Source of the DNA: a virus
Lineage: Duplodnaviria; Caudoviricetes
Reading direction: 5' to 3' (one strand)
IMG/VR virus record: IMGVR_UViG_3300034059_000003
Location: 21,940 to 85,939 of that record
DNA: 64,000 nucleotides
Part shown: one piece after another, positions 1 to 15,000 of the stretch
How the letters are laid out: each line of letters starts with the position of its first letter
Position numbering within the stretch: the first letter of the stretch is position 1
The notes under the pieces: generated by a model
What the model saw: the letters and a program-made list of their open reading frames with translations, nothing else
The model's database searches: none
Told to the model about the DNA's origin: nothing
Program-made: the position numbers and the translations under genes

Positions 1-2
1 TC

Positions 3-3000
3 TATCCTTATCTGTCTTCTTTCTTTCAGCCGGCCAAGGATCAATCTTATTTCATCAACACGTTTACGATATTCTTCTTCAGGACTGAATTTAGAATTAA
101 CAAGCGATTCAAATAAACTATCATTGGCTTTATCAGTATATTCTGAGATAGAAAATATCTTCGGACTTTTCTCAACAATTTTTTGATAAACATTCTCATC
201 AATACCGGCATTCTTAAGTGCTTCTCTATCATTTAAGAATGCTTTTATCATATTAAGATAAGATGAAACCTCAACAAACCGGTCCATATCTTCTTTCTCT
301 CCAAGGAACTGATTCGGAATCCAGACTGTCATCAAGTCACGAAACTTAATATCGGGATACTGAAGTTTAAGAAGAAATGCATATATCATTACCTGAAGTT
401 TTGCTCTCTCTCTTTGGTTGTCTGAGATGTATGTATCTTGTAATCCATACATCATTGGTTCCATTGTTGTTTTTATTCCAAATGCATTACCAGATTTCCA
501 ATCCTTTATACTCCATCTACCATCGGCATGACCAATCAAAGCATCCATTGTACCACCGAAACCAAGTAAGTCACTCCAAATTGTTACTTCAGGAAGATAA
601 ATAATATCCCTCAAGGCTTCTGGGATGTCTTTACTCAATACATTAACACCGGCATGTTTAAATACTTTCCTTAATACTTCCGGATCTTCTATCCAAGAGT
701 AATGTTCTATAGGTGTTTTCCCTTCCCCGCGGGATGCAACATTATTTATTTCTTTAAGGATGTCTTCGTCTTTTTCTCCAAGATGAAATAATCTATTTGC
801 TGTGCGTTTAAGGAAAAGGTGAAGAATGTTTCCTTTTATCTGGCCGAGTTTAGAATTAAGTTCCATACGATCTTTATATTGATCGTAATCTTCCATATTC
901 CCTTGTTCAGTGAGTAATTTATGATCATGTGTCCTGTCACCCCATTTAACATCAGCCAGGTGTTGTCCAAAAGTAATATTAGGATCTATCTTTTTGTTCG
1001 TAAACATAGATATGAATCCACCGGCATAATTTGTTATCCTACGGATCTTCTTTGCCATTCCCTCAACAATATAGAATTGTCCCTCAGTTCCGTCAGGAAG
1101 TTTCTCTACTTTAATCTTCTTAGCATTCTCTTTTATATTATCCGCAAGGTCAAGAATGTTTTTTCTGGTAGTATCTGAATCATTCCTTATCCCGACTTCT
1201 ACTTCAACTTCATATCCTAACTTGGTGTCCTTATAATAATTACCTGATTGACTTCTATATAAAATACCTTCTTTTGTAAATGAAGGAGTATGAGGACTAT
1301 TCAGAATTATCTGTAGGAGATCATTTGAGAACTCTTTTGCAAGAGAAATGAACTCCATAATCTTATCAAGGATTCGTTTTAACAATGATCTTTCTTCCTG
1401 GGATCTCTTTAATGAATCAATCATTTTTGCAAACTCATCATTCGATAATATCTCAGCAATAAACTCAAACTGATTTTTCATACCAAGTAGATTCATCGAA
1501 GATATTGAATTGATATCTTGGGGATATCCATTTTCAGAAAGGAATTTATCTACTGTTTTCTTTGCAAAAGGTTTAACAATAAGTTGCCCGGTTGTCTGAT
1601 CAACATCAAAATATTCATTAATTAACTTCAATATATCCTTACTAAATGATTCATTTTCTAACATTCCTGTTACAGTAATACCATGGATCATCTCATGAAA
1701 AAGAATCTTATCAACCTGGTCAATATCAATAGGCCCATTATGAATATAAAGATTAACAAGGTCAAGAACTATTGATCCATCAACAGAATATTCACCATAT
1801 CTACCAATACCACTAAGTTCTCCAAATTTTATTGTCATTCCCTGTTTTACAATTCTGTCCTTTAGTGTTGTTAAAAGATTGATTCTCCGTTTACTTTTAC
1901 TACGAAGTATCATATTATCAATTAAAGTACTGATGGATTCTTCTTCTGAATATAATTTCTGTACACTTTCAATCTCTTCCGTTATATTATCTTCCTTTAT
2001 ATTCTTGAGGAATTGTTTTGACCCATATATTACTTCTTGATCAGTATCAGAAATATTGTTGGTTTCAAAATATGACTTGATATTACTTTCATTGGCTTTC
2101 AAGAAGAAACTATGTAATGCATTCACATCAACATATATCTGAATACCGTCATACCAAAGTCTTTCTCTTAAGACCTGAATACCACCAAATTCTTCATTAT
2201 TTATTTTGCTCTTAAACTCCCGGGCCTCATTTGTGCTATGCTTTCCATAAAGAATACGACCACGACCTTTATTGTCATTTCTGAATGGTGTACCATGTTT
2301 CAACATCCTTGTCTTGAGATCTATGATAACATGTTCAGTTGCCATAGTAAATTTATCATAGGAATGTTTTGTAATCGCTTCTTTTACTGGTCTGATAATA
2401 TAACTGTTATCAAGTTTCTTTATGATCTTACAATATTGTTTATTGACGCGCGTTACATCGTGGAACTGAGTAAGGCTGACAATATCTCCTTCTTTTAATC
2501 CACTGCCATAATATTCAAATTCTTTGGTATTAAAATCAGCAACACGGACGTTATAGATACCATTGTTCTTAAAACTTTCATTGATATCAAATCCGTTTTC
2601 AAGAACCTCATCAGATGTATTATAGAATTTTATTGTAGAACTACGATCAACAACCTGGTAGTAAACGATAGGATCTATTGCATTATTAAGACGGAGATAA
2701 ATTCTTTTCACTCCGGCATAACTACTAACAATAAATCGTGGCATTTCTTTTTGGTCCGGATTTGAATAACTTCTATCATAGAAATACTCATTTGTCTTGC
2801 CACCATAGAAAGGAAGTGTTTGGCCGTATTCATTTACAAAAGATCCCTTTTTGATTGGTTTTCCCAACGTTCTGAATATATCAGGAATCATCTCTGAGTT
2901 ATTTAATACCAATTGGACCATGAAGTCGTCCTGGATCTTACTCCAATTCTCTTCATACTTATCCCCGGTGAATTTATCCATCAGTTTATTCAGGAGATTA

Positions 3001-6000
3001 TCAACACTATAGTATAGGTTCTCTGGTAGGATAGTACTATAATTCATTATCCCAAACTTAAGGCCCCAATTCATTATACCATAACTGACAAACTCACGTT
3101 GTAAGTCAGAATAATCAGAGTTACTCTTTGGTTCAGTATTCTTTTTGACAGTATATTTCCCTGTCTTTTTATTCCAGGATACTTCATACTTATTTAGTTC
3201 AAAGAATCCGTTTCGTGCATCAAGGATATCCATCTGATCCATGTTGGATCCACCCTCAAATGTTAATTCATATGTCTTGGTGACAGAATTATAAGATTGA
3301 CCTAATCTCTCAATAAAAGTATTTGAAATAGGATCTCCATCTTCTGTTCTTTCCTTGTTTATATAATTCTTCAGTGCTGTTATCTTACCAATGAAAATCT
3401 GATTAACAGCCTTTGGCCCGGTTAAAATTCGTTTCTCATCACCAACAGTATATTCAAATGAAACATCTTTTTCAATTTTGTATTCCCCTGAGAATATTTC
3501 ATTTGACATAAGATAGTTGATCAACTCATCTCTTATGACAGATTTTCCTTCTACCTCGTTCAGCCCAAACTTACCGAGTTGTCTATAAGCCTGGTTGACT
3601 ATATCTTCAAACTCAGGATAATATTTCTTTATTGAAGAAGTAAGAAGTTCATCAAATTGTCTTACTCCTTTATAAATTTGAAGTATATGTTTCGACTTTA
3701 AAAAGAATTCACTAATATCAAATGGAAATGATGAAACACCAAATGCAGGCAATGTACCATCTTCTTCTATAACTCCGAAAAGTTCAGTTGCTACATTCTT
3801 TATTTTATCGATATCATTTTTTGTTACAGGTAATGTTCGTGCAATCTTTAACCACTGAGCTAATTTGCCAATTGAATTACCAACATTAGTCATATTCTGG
3901 AATGTCTCAATGATATGCATCTGAAACATTAAAGCTTTGGCTGCCTTGTTATTTTTCTTTCCATCTTCAGAGATGGCATTATCATAGTCATCAATACTAT
4001 TACCACTACGGATCCCGGTAGATATATTTTGAGGATTTATCTCTGACTCCACTGCTTCATATCCGGAAAGTTTTTCTACGATCTGTTTCTTAATCATGTC
4101 AAAACTTCTTCCGTTTGCATAATCAAGTATCGCCGGCTGTTGTAAAATATCAACGGTATCAGTAAGATTTATTCCCAGTGTTCTCAAAGATATAAATGCA
4201 TGAATTGTCCTCATGTTTATATTGAGAGTAGGTAATGCCAACATTTTTATATTGTCTATCGCGGCATTAATGAAACCGTCAATAGAAACAAACAAACTCT
4301 GGCCGGTATTATCGAACAATGTAAGTTCATCGTATATCCTTAATTCTCCTTTTGAATCCCTTATTCTGACAATATTATTCTCATCTCTAAGTTTTGGATT
4401 TGATTGATTCTCTCCGGTACGCATCATATAAGCAAGGGTCTTTGCGGCATTACCAAAAACGCCGGTCGCTACAGCTGCGCCAAAGATTGTACTATGAGTA
4501 TCTATCTGATCATTATAATTTGAGAGATCAAGTTTATTTTCTCTTGGTCTGTAATTCGGATTTAATACACGAGTCTTCTGATCCATTATCTCCTTAAGAG
4601 GTATTGGAGAAAGCATACTTTCTATATTCTCCTGGTTACTGACAAGATCAAGTAACTCATGAATAACGGCATTCTTTCTGAAACCAATTTCTTCATAGAT
4701 ATCTTCAAAGTCTTTCGTGTTACGAATGAAAGTCATCCGGCCTTTCTTCTCTTTATATCCAATGTATTCACCTCGTTTGTTCTTTGCTCTCTTGATAATG
4801 AATAAAGAGTCAACGTCAAAGTCAGATCCATGAAGTCCAACCAGTAAGTCCGGTGCAATAATCACATTGATGTTTGGTGTCTTATAGAATCCAACAACTT
4901 TTATTGCTACTGCACTATGTATATCAGATGAAGGAATACGGAATCCCAGGAGATCTGGAAGATCAAAATAATCCTCTGCATTTTTGCCTTCGGCCAATGC
5001 CTGTTTTATAGAGTCTTCATATTCCTTTGGGAGAAGTCCTTCCGGGATTATACACTCTGCAACCATCCTACCGGTATCTGTCCTGATATATTTCAGTTTA
5101 TTCTTTGGTCCGTCACTTACCGGTAATCCATATTTCCTTACTCCAAACTCACTTTGGAGAACAAGTTTGGATCCAGGGAAATCAAACTCTACAATACTAT
5201 CCTTTAAATGACTTGATAAAGCAATGATTACTTTGTCAACGATAGACGGAAAGTTTATACTTATCTCTGATGACAAGATATCATGTGTATTCTCATTACC
5301 TTTTCCTCTCAATAACGATGTGATATTTGTCTTTATCGACCTTTCATCATTGAATTTGGAGAAGAACAACTCATTACCAAGTCTTGATAATTCACTCAAA
5401 TGATAATAGATCCTATCAGCTCTCTTTGTATTCTGTGATAAAACACTTGCAAGATATATTAACTGTGATGGTTGACTTGTCTTGCCTGATATCTTTGACT
5501 TTGGATCCATCTGGATTCTGTACTGATCATTATTGATATCAAATAACATTGAAGGATCAGCGGCATAATTCTCTGATAATACACTTTCGAATGGAGCTGC
5601 AGACTCAGGAATACCAATTTTTATTGCTGATCTGAATACGGCTTCATCGGCATTATTTCTACGCATATTTGCCAGAAGTATACCAAGAGAAGGAAACTCC
5701 TCAATAAGTTCATCAGATAAAACAATAGATGAATATTTTATTCCTCTCGCTACCCCTTCTTCTGATACAGAATAAACTACGGGCTTTAATATCTTATGTA
5801 AAGAAAATTCTGTAGCAAAACCTCCGTTACGAAGTTCTTCAAATCTTTCAGGAGTCATAAATCCCTGTCCATCCCAAATGTTTATATTCTCCTTGAATTT
5901 CTCCATTAGGATAGGTAATTTGGCCTTTTCTTCATCTGTTTTGAGTACAGCATCAAGTCTGGCTTCGATATCCTTAAATCCTTTTATTTGGTCTTCTATG

Positions 6001-9000
6001 ACAAGGAACCTCGCTTTTTCTTTCATACCAAAGGTTTTGTTTACTAAACCCTTTGACCCGGGGGCAGTGGCTAAAGAGAAACGACGCATGACATCTTCCT
6101 CATTAACGAACTGATTGTTTTCGCCAAGTATAATCTGATTTAAGAAAAATGAATTGACATAGTTATTTGCAATAAAAGAGTGTGTCAATGGTAATATCTG
6201 TTCCATGGTCCAGTTATATGAACCATCAGGTTTCATCGACCTGGACTCACTTCTTCCATAATGTTTAGAATTTCTGAATGAATCAAGATCAACTTTGTCA
6301 GGAGAGACAATCTTTTCGAGATTCTTATTTGAGAAAATCTCTTTGTCAAGAGGAACCCTGTTCCGGATAACACGTTCTGCAAGTTTCTTTGCCTCTTCAG
6401 ATAATAATGATTCTACAACTTGAGAATATTTGTCAATCTCCGTTTCACTTAAAGGTTTCGCTACAATATCACGACCTTTAAGAGCTTTCTCAAGTAATCT
6501 GAAATTGATAAATCTCCCGGTATTATTCTGTTTTATACCCGATAAGACAGGTTCGGAATTAAATTGTCTTATTGCCTCTGATATTGCTACTCTTATTTCA
6601 GCATGAGTAAGAACGTTTACCTCAGCACCAAAGACATTTTCTCTCTCATTTGGATATACAAACTGGAAGTATCTTTCATGACCTGACTTTGAATAACGAA
6701 TGCGGTCAAGGAATCCGGCAACAAATCCTCTCAAGATAAAGTCACCTTCATTTTCTTTAGATTGTTTTATTCCTGTTATCTTCCCGGTATAATCCTTAAA
6801 TTTTATACCATCAGAATCAACAATATCATGTATTTTATTCTTCCCGGAAAGGAAAATGTTTTTCTTAAAGTATTCTGTTGTCAAATATTGTGGAAGACTC
6901 AGGGTTAAATTACCGGTCTTAAGAATCTTATTGTTCGCAATATTGAATAGAATATTATTTGCCCATGATGTAGGACTCCAAATATATTTTCTTTTGCCCT
7001 TAACATCTCTCACGCTGGTTGCTCTTACATATGCACTACTGACACTCATTAATTTTGATAAATTACCTGACATCTTTCCTTCTTCATCAAGTAATAAACC
7101 AATAGTCATTGGGACTTTCATCACTTCTCCAGTATCTTCATCCGTAATTTCCTCAACCTCTCCTATCCTATATATTGCACCACTACCCGGCCTTGTAAAG
7201 AATCCTTCTACGTCATAATATATTTGCTGGACATTTGTATTTGGAATACTATTGGCAATAGATCCCATACCCATCTCCTTAAGGAATACCTTTATGAACT
7301 CATAAGGATTAGATTTATACTTCTCGATATTTGGCCTTAACCAATCTTTCACAAACTTCTCAAGAGACCTCTTATCAGGAAAATAATTTCTGATGTTCTC
7401 ATTCAATAATGATCCGATACTTTTATGTGGTCCAATATATGATCCGGGTATATATCCAACAGCATATGTACCACCAGAGGTATGCGTTTTTTCAATGATA
7501 TAGAGATTTTTCTGTTTCTGATTATTGAATAGATTGACAAGACTCTTGTAACTATCTATTGCCTGGAATTTTTTAAAATGTCCAATAATCTCTTCTTCAG
7601 AAACATTATTTGTTTTTGCAATCCTTATTATAAACTCACGGGTTGATTCATTGGATCTCCTTTTATCAACAGTGGCACCATTTTGCATGGCCCCGGCCTC
7701 ACCATAAACATTGACAAGTTCTTCATCCGATATTACAAACATATCTTCAGTAACAAACTTCATATTATTCCCTAATGTCTCACCTCTTTCTCCGTAAATA
7801 TTACCAGAGGCGATAGTATGTAGTTCAATGATCTTGTTTAATAAGAATTCTGTTCTGTGATGTTTACCAAGGTTCTCCCATGCTTTTCTTAACTGATCTA
7901 TAAACCTATCGTTTTCCGGCTGAAGTCCTTCGAATAGTTGAAGAGTCCGGACATAAGCCTCTCTCCAATTCATAAATCTGTTATTGTCAATAGGAATATT
8001 ACTGAGAAAGTCCTTAACAGCCATACTCTGTTTCTTTACTTCCCAATTGACTTCATCACTTTCAATAGTATGTTGACTTATTCCACCATCAGTTTCGTCG
8101 TCCTCTTCATACTGAACAAGGATTTCTTCTGTTGAAATATCCATATTAACAACAATCTCATCTGCCTCATCAAGACTCCAATTTGGATATAAATCTTCTA
8201 TAATCCTGTCGTAATTTTCAATCGCCTTACCATAATATCTGAGTTCCCTGGCTATATTTAAAATCTCTCCTTCAGCAAGATCCTGTTGTACAATCATATT
8301 ATCAAAATTGTCTTTGATAATCAAATGATCGTTTTTTAAATTCCCAATGGTAATATCTTTAACTTCTCTTCTTGTTATAGGATAACCGGCAAATCCTTTT
8401 TCATATACATCATAAAATTCCTGTTGTATTATTGCCCGGGCATTTCGATATGTCTCAAGAGCCCCTTGAAAATCGTCGTTGTCATTTCCATATAGATTTA
8501 TGATATTCTTCATGGACCTTGTTATCCCTGCAGAATTTTCTTTTGTCGTAATAAAATATCCACTTTCGATAGTCTCAAAGAAACGATCAAAGTTCTTAAG
8601 ATTGAGATTTATGAATCCAAAGGTTGATGCAAGCCAGTTGAAGAATCTTTTAAGCACCTCGTTTATTCTTGATAGTTTTTTGGATTGATAATCCTGAAAC
8701 TTAATAGCAAGTTGTTCTTCAATTTCAATAATGCCTTTGTCTTTATATTCCGGGAATTGTTTTTTAAATGATTTAACAATAAGATCTTGTTCGTTTTTCG
8801 TTATATACTCATTGAATATCTTATGGAAAGCTTCATGTCTAATTATCTTCTCGAATGTACTACCATTCTTTTCCATTGCCCAGATTACTTCATCATGGAA
8901 TACTCCATAAGCATTATCACCGGCAATTTCATCAATAACTATTTTTTCAGCAAAATGAATAACATCTTTTCCTTGAGTAGTTATAGATGGGATAAACTTA

Positions 9001-12000
9001 GCAAGTAATGATCTGGCTTCAGAAAGAGTTAATTCTTTACCAAGATCCATTCCGGGAGTTGCACGCATCAAACGTTTCTTCCTGTTCTTAATCTTTTCCT
9101 GGATCTTATCATAGGTATTTTCAAAACCTTTCTTTATTGAATCTTTCTTCGCATCTTCCTTTGAAATTGGTTCATCAAGTTTGATCTGGATCCTGGTTCG
9201 GATTATATCTTCAAGTTTTGTTCCAAGGATATCTTCAAGTTGTTCAAGATTGGAATTAATATTTTTCCCGAGTTCATTTACACCATAGATACCACTCATT
9301 TTAAGAGGTAGAGTAAGAGTCTTGTGTACTCCGGCGTTATCAAAAGACAACAGATTGTTAAGATCAGATATCTTCAAAGGTTCTTTTACATATTTCTCCT
9401 TTGTTATATTCAACTCTTCTCTTGATAATCCTTGTATATCACTACCTGCATTACCCCAATCAATAAGAACCTGTTCAATCTTTGCTATATTCTCCTGATC
9501 ATCAAGTCTCTTTGATTCCTTATCAATAAATGAACTATAAGAAGGAAGTTCGACACCAATAGCTTTTGCTTCTTCTTGCATGTCTTTCCATACAGTCTTA
9601 ATGTAATTGATATATTCAGATGTTGAGGTTTCTTCTGCAAAAAGACTTTTACTTTCTGATGATATAACCACACGTTTCTTTCCATTACGAAAGAGATTTG
9701 TTTTATGTGATATAGAGAATGGTAATTTATTATTTGCTCTTGCAAGAACATTCATTCTTTTCTGCACTATTCCTTCTCCGGCGATCAAACCAGTATCATA
9801 AACATATTCCTTTTCATCTTCATTCTTGCGGTTTGTCATTAAGATATAACCACCATTACTTTTTGGATGCTCTTTAAACTCATAACTCGTATTCGGATCA
9901 GTCTTCTTATTCTCACCGAGATACTCCCACATTGCGTCTTCATCAATAACTTCTTTCTTTGTCCTGCCCGGACCATAGAAAGCAGGTATCAATGTATTGG
10001 ATAAGTCATATAATAAATCAAATTGCTCTTTCGTTAATATAGGAAAACCTCTTTCATCTCTTTCTTCGAGATAAGTATTGTATGAATACCTATTTACTTT
10101 TGCCGGAACAATTTCATCATCGATAACATCAAAGTTTCTCTTGAACCTTTTTATCAATTCGTTGGTTTTTGGATCTCCCCAGGTACCAATACCTTCAGAT
10201 TCGAGTTTCTTTACCGTATCTCTGAATTCAATTATTGGTTGTAAGATACTGTCAGTATTTCTTATCTTCCTTGCATTAAGACGGATAAATTGACTCTCAG
10301 CTCCTTCTTCTTTGCCGGCTCTCATAGTCTTACGTTCAATATCAAGATAAGGGACACCGGGAGTATGGTTACCAAGACGGTCATCATTACGAGCATATAT
10401 CTTAACTGAGAACTCAAGATTTTCATTGGCAAATGTCTGTTTGACTTTTGATATTAATGAAGAAAGAAATCCAGGTCCGGAAGAAGTGATATCATCTGAA
10501 TATTTATATGAAAGAGGTTGTGCTTTTTGTATTACTCCTTCAGCAAGAATAGTCGGTCCATCTTTTATCTGAAGAATACCGGTATTACCTTGAGATAATC
10601 TGTTTGAAAGTTCCTTACCATCTTGAGTTTTTGCTGCACTCATCTTATATAATAAGGTTTTACCAAAGTCAGTTGATAAAAGCTCTTTCTCTGAGAGAAC
10701 ACCTATCACACTCCATAAATCATTCTCAAGAGGTGTATCATCAATATTAAGATGTTGTCCAATTATATGAACTTCATATTTCTTAACATTGGCATTCCAA
10801 ACTTTGATGTATTTTACTTTTGATCCTGTTCTTACTGGAGCCATTTTAATTTCTTCCCATGATTGGGAAATAGGTTTTATTGGATAGTAAGATGGATATT
10901 CTACATCATGATATTCAGTATTACCAGATCCTACCTCAACAAAAGTTGCATTATCTGTTGGAGTATTCTTATCACTCAATGGTTCTTCTTCTCTTGCATC
11001 AGTCTCACTTTGTTGTGAAGCGATATCTGAAGGATCTCCTTTTTCAATATTGACGATCTGTGGTGTAGATATCTTAACACCTTTCATGTCATCTCCCAAA
11101 ATATTCAACTCAAAGGCAAGACGGTTGGTATATTCCTGAGCAATTTCTTTATTACGAGATTCATTATTCTCTTTCTTTATTTCGTCAATAGTATATTTCC
11201 ATGCATCAGGATCCATGTATGACTTGATGAAGATATATGATCTGGCCCGGGACAACGCAGTGTACATTCCCTCGTTGTATTTCCGATTAAATTCAAAGTC
11301 AACTGGATTTATATCGATATAAACTTCATCATAAGAAAGACTTGCAACTTCATGATAAAACATTACAGGTACACCTGTCTTTTCATACTGTCTTTTAAGA
11401 ACAGGATTACTTACAACAACCACCCGGCTGCGATTATTATTTTTCTTATGAACCTCAAGTTGGTCAAATAGTCTCTGTTGTATATTGGATACATGAACAC
11501 CATCAGCCGGCGCACCAATATCTGCAGAAGCTGTACCAAGAAATGACTTTATTTTACCTGGATAATCAAGGAATGAATTTTGTGCATGCAATACGGATGA
11601 GTTACCGCTACGGAACACAGAAGTCAAAGGATTAAACTCACGAATATTTGACATCTCATGCCTGAAAGAATTTATTGCGGGAAATGCATCATCAAGACTT
11701 GCTACTTGTGAAGGATCTCCGAGAACATATATTCGTATTGGAATTGCCCTTGTTTCATTTGCTGAAACAATTCTTTCGGCAAGAGTATGAAGTTCTTCAG
11801 CATTTAATCTGGCAACCTCATCTATTATAACAAGTTTATTGTTTTCATCTTTCAACATCTCATCAGTAAGATTACTAACAAGCATTGAGTTCTTCACTCC
11901 AGGAAGACTTTTCTTTAAAACTTCAAGAGCATTTTCATGTGTTGATAAGGCAATAAGAGATTCATGAGATATCCCAAGTAAATCAGGAAGATAGTTTGCC

Positions 12001-15000
12001 ATTAGATCCGTTTTGCCAGTATTATGAACAATAAAATCATTAGCAACATAGTTATGATAAGGAAATTGCATTATTATATCATATGTATCTTCATATTTAT
12101 ACTTTTCTATTGATATTATTTTTTCTTCGATAATTTTTGAAAATCTCATATTTGTTATATTATTATAACCATGTAATTTATCGTGTTCTTGTTTTGTTAT
12201 AATAACAAGATTATCTAAATCATCATTTATGGGATTTTCATCTTTATGATGAACAATTAATTTTGGATCAAGAAATTTATAAATAGATGAACTATTAGAA
12301 TTAGTTTTTAATTCATTAATAAATTGATTTACACCAATATTATTCATTTTTGCTTCAACAACTAATCTACAATATGGGAGTCTACCATAATCTTTATTAT
12401 TAACTATTTTAGTATATTTATTTGGATGATAAATAATCCCATAAATTATTTTTCTTCTTAATCTTTTTGAAAGGTCTCGACCAGTTCCTTTTTTAAGGTC
12501 ACGAAGAAATACAATATCACCAATTTTTAATTCTGATAACTTTTTAAAACCATCAACACTTTGTCCAATGGTTCCTTTAGGAACTTTAAATGGATGTTCT
12601 ATTGTAACACATATATTTCTACCAGAATCTACTGTAACTTTATATGTTTGTTTTTTACCACTATAAATAATATCTATAATTTTATTATATCCAATATAGC
12701 CATCTAATAAACTTAATGTTTCAATTGGAATAATTTTATCCCAAGGTCTCCCACTTATTCCTTTTACTTTTATATTATTAAATTTATAATAAGCATATTT
12801 AACCGAATTGATTCTACCACTTACTCTATTTTTTGTTTTAAATGGTAATAATACATCCCCAGACAAACAACCGGCCAATCCTTTTATATAATACCATCCC
12901 CGAAACTTTTCTTCTTTCTTTTCTATAGGAGAATTCATTTCTACAACGGCCTCTCTTAATGTGATATGTTGTTGATTGTTTGGAGATAACTTTTTCTCTT
13001 TTATAACTGCAGATTCAAGACCTATCATTTCCTGAATAGTAATCTTAGACGTAAGCCTGTCTTTTAACCTTGATAGACCCATAATCTCGATATGCGCTTT
13101 TATAAGATCAGAGAAATCATCTTTATTTATATTTGGGTATACAAGATCAACATTATTTTGAACAGCATCGAGCAACTGGAACACATCTTTATTACGGAAG
13201 AATCTATCAATAGGACTTATCTTTTCTGTCTGAACACGGAATCTATCTATCTGTATTTCTATTAATCTATCAAAAGCACGAAAAGGACTTTTCTTATATG
13301 CCTTAAGGTCATCACTGACACCAGATGTTATTCCTTTCTCTTCAAGTTTTGTCCACTTAACGTAAACATCAATAAAATTATTAATTTTATCAAACTCTAT
13401 TTTTTTAAGGAGATCAGATAGTCTCTTAACTCCATTATTTGCATCTTTAACTCTTGATATTATCTTCTCAATAAATATTCCATCAAAAGAATAGTCTGTT
13501 TCATTAAAGAATGCCGACTTAGCAGTCTCAAGAATATTGTCGAGTTCCGTCTTTCCTATAATTTCTGAGACAGCATTAAATAAATCCTGATTGTATACAG
13601 AATAAGATTTTTTTTCACGATTAATTGATATACCAATAGCATTGAAAAGAGATCCGGAATACGATAACCTTGTTCTTTTATCAAGTGATTTTCTTGATTC
13701 TCCATTTTCAAAGGCCTTATTTCTTATTGCCTTTAGTTTTGGGAGTACTTCATCAATTGATTCAATATATCCTTTAAATTCACTTGTTGTTAATAGTTTC
13801 TTTCTTCCTGGTAATGAATAAACTTTTTTCCTGTCTTCGAGTTTTCTCAAAATATCATCAACATCATCAACCTGATCAAATACATCTTTATTACCATTAT
13901 ATGAAAGAAGAAGATCTTTTGCTTTATCTACAGGAGTATCTGCAAATTCACGTTGAAATTTGCGATATGCTTTTCTACGTGATGACATCTGTTTTTTATC
14001 TGTCTTAAATTGTTGGCCAGATTGTTCTGACATATTTTTTATTTCAGATAAAGAATTCTCAGCATCAGTTTGATCCTGACTCTTCTGTATATAATTATCT
14101 AACCAAACCTGGTCCGATTCTCTTTGTTTTGGATTAAAGTTAGAATTTGGAATTTTATTCCCGGTAGGAAATCCATCTACTGTTTCCCATACTTCTTCTG
14201 TATTGGTATTAAGTCTTTTCTGTCTTTCCGGAACTTGTTTTGATGCACGATCAACAGATTCGCGTCTCTTTGAAATAAGATTACCAACTTTATCAATTTC
14301 TTCTGCAGAATAAACTATTCCATCAGAAAGATGTGATCTTATAGTCCCAATAATATCTGAAAGATTCCTCTTGCCTTTTGCAGCATCTTCCATTGTATTA
14401 TTAAGTTCTGCTTTCTTATACGCTGCCTTACCTCTATCAAAATAATAGTTATACCTGGCACCAAAAACATTCGCAGTCTTTGTCCCATTGGTTACAGACT
14501 GAGAATATATTGGAGAGAATGGATCTTCGGGACCTTCAATATAAAGAAACTCATCCCTATCATATTGTGCTTTTAATTTATCATTTGATGTTGCTTTTGA
14601 ATCCTTATTTACTTCTTCAAAGTTCTTAAGAACATTATTATATTGATCTCTCTCAAGTTTAAATTCATCATAAAGTTTCTCTCTTGTCTTTTTGTTGAGT
14701 AAGTTATCAGATAACTTCTTACTATCAGCAATTAATCTCTTTACATCTTCTTTCTGTTTATCTGATAGCTTTTCATTAGAGAGATATTCTTCATACATAT
14801 TTCTTTTTACTTCTTCAGCAAAAAGAGTTTTCATTGCTACCTGTTTGAATTGTGTTTTAGTTCTATCACCGGAAAAATCTTCAGCATCAGAAACCTGAGT
14901 CCTTGCATTTTCAAAAGCCTTCCTTATTGGTGTAAGATCGGATTTTGTAAATTTCTTATCGTAACCAAGTTTTGCAAGTTCTTCAGGTATTTGTAAATCT

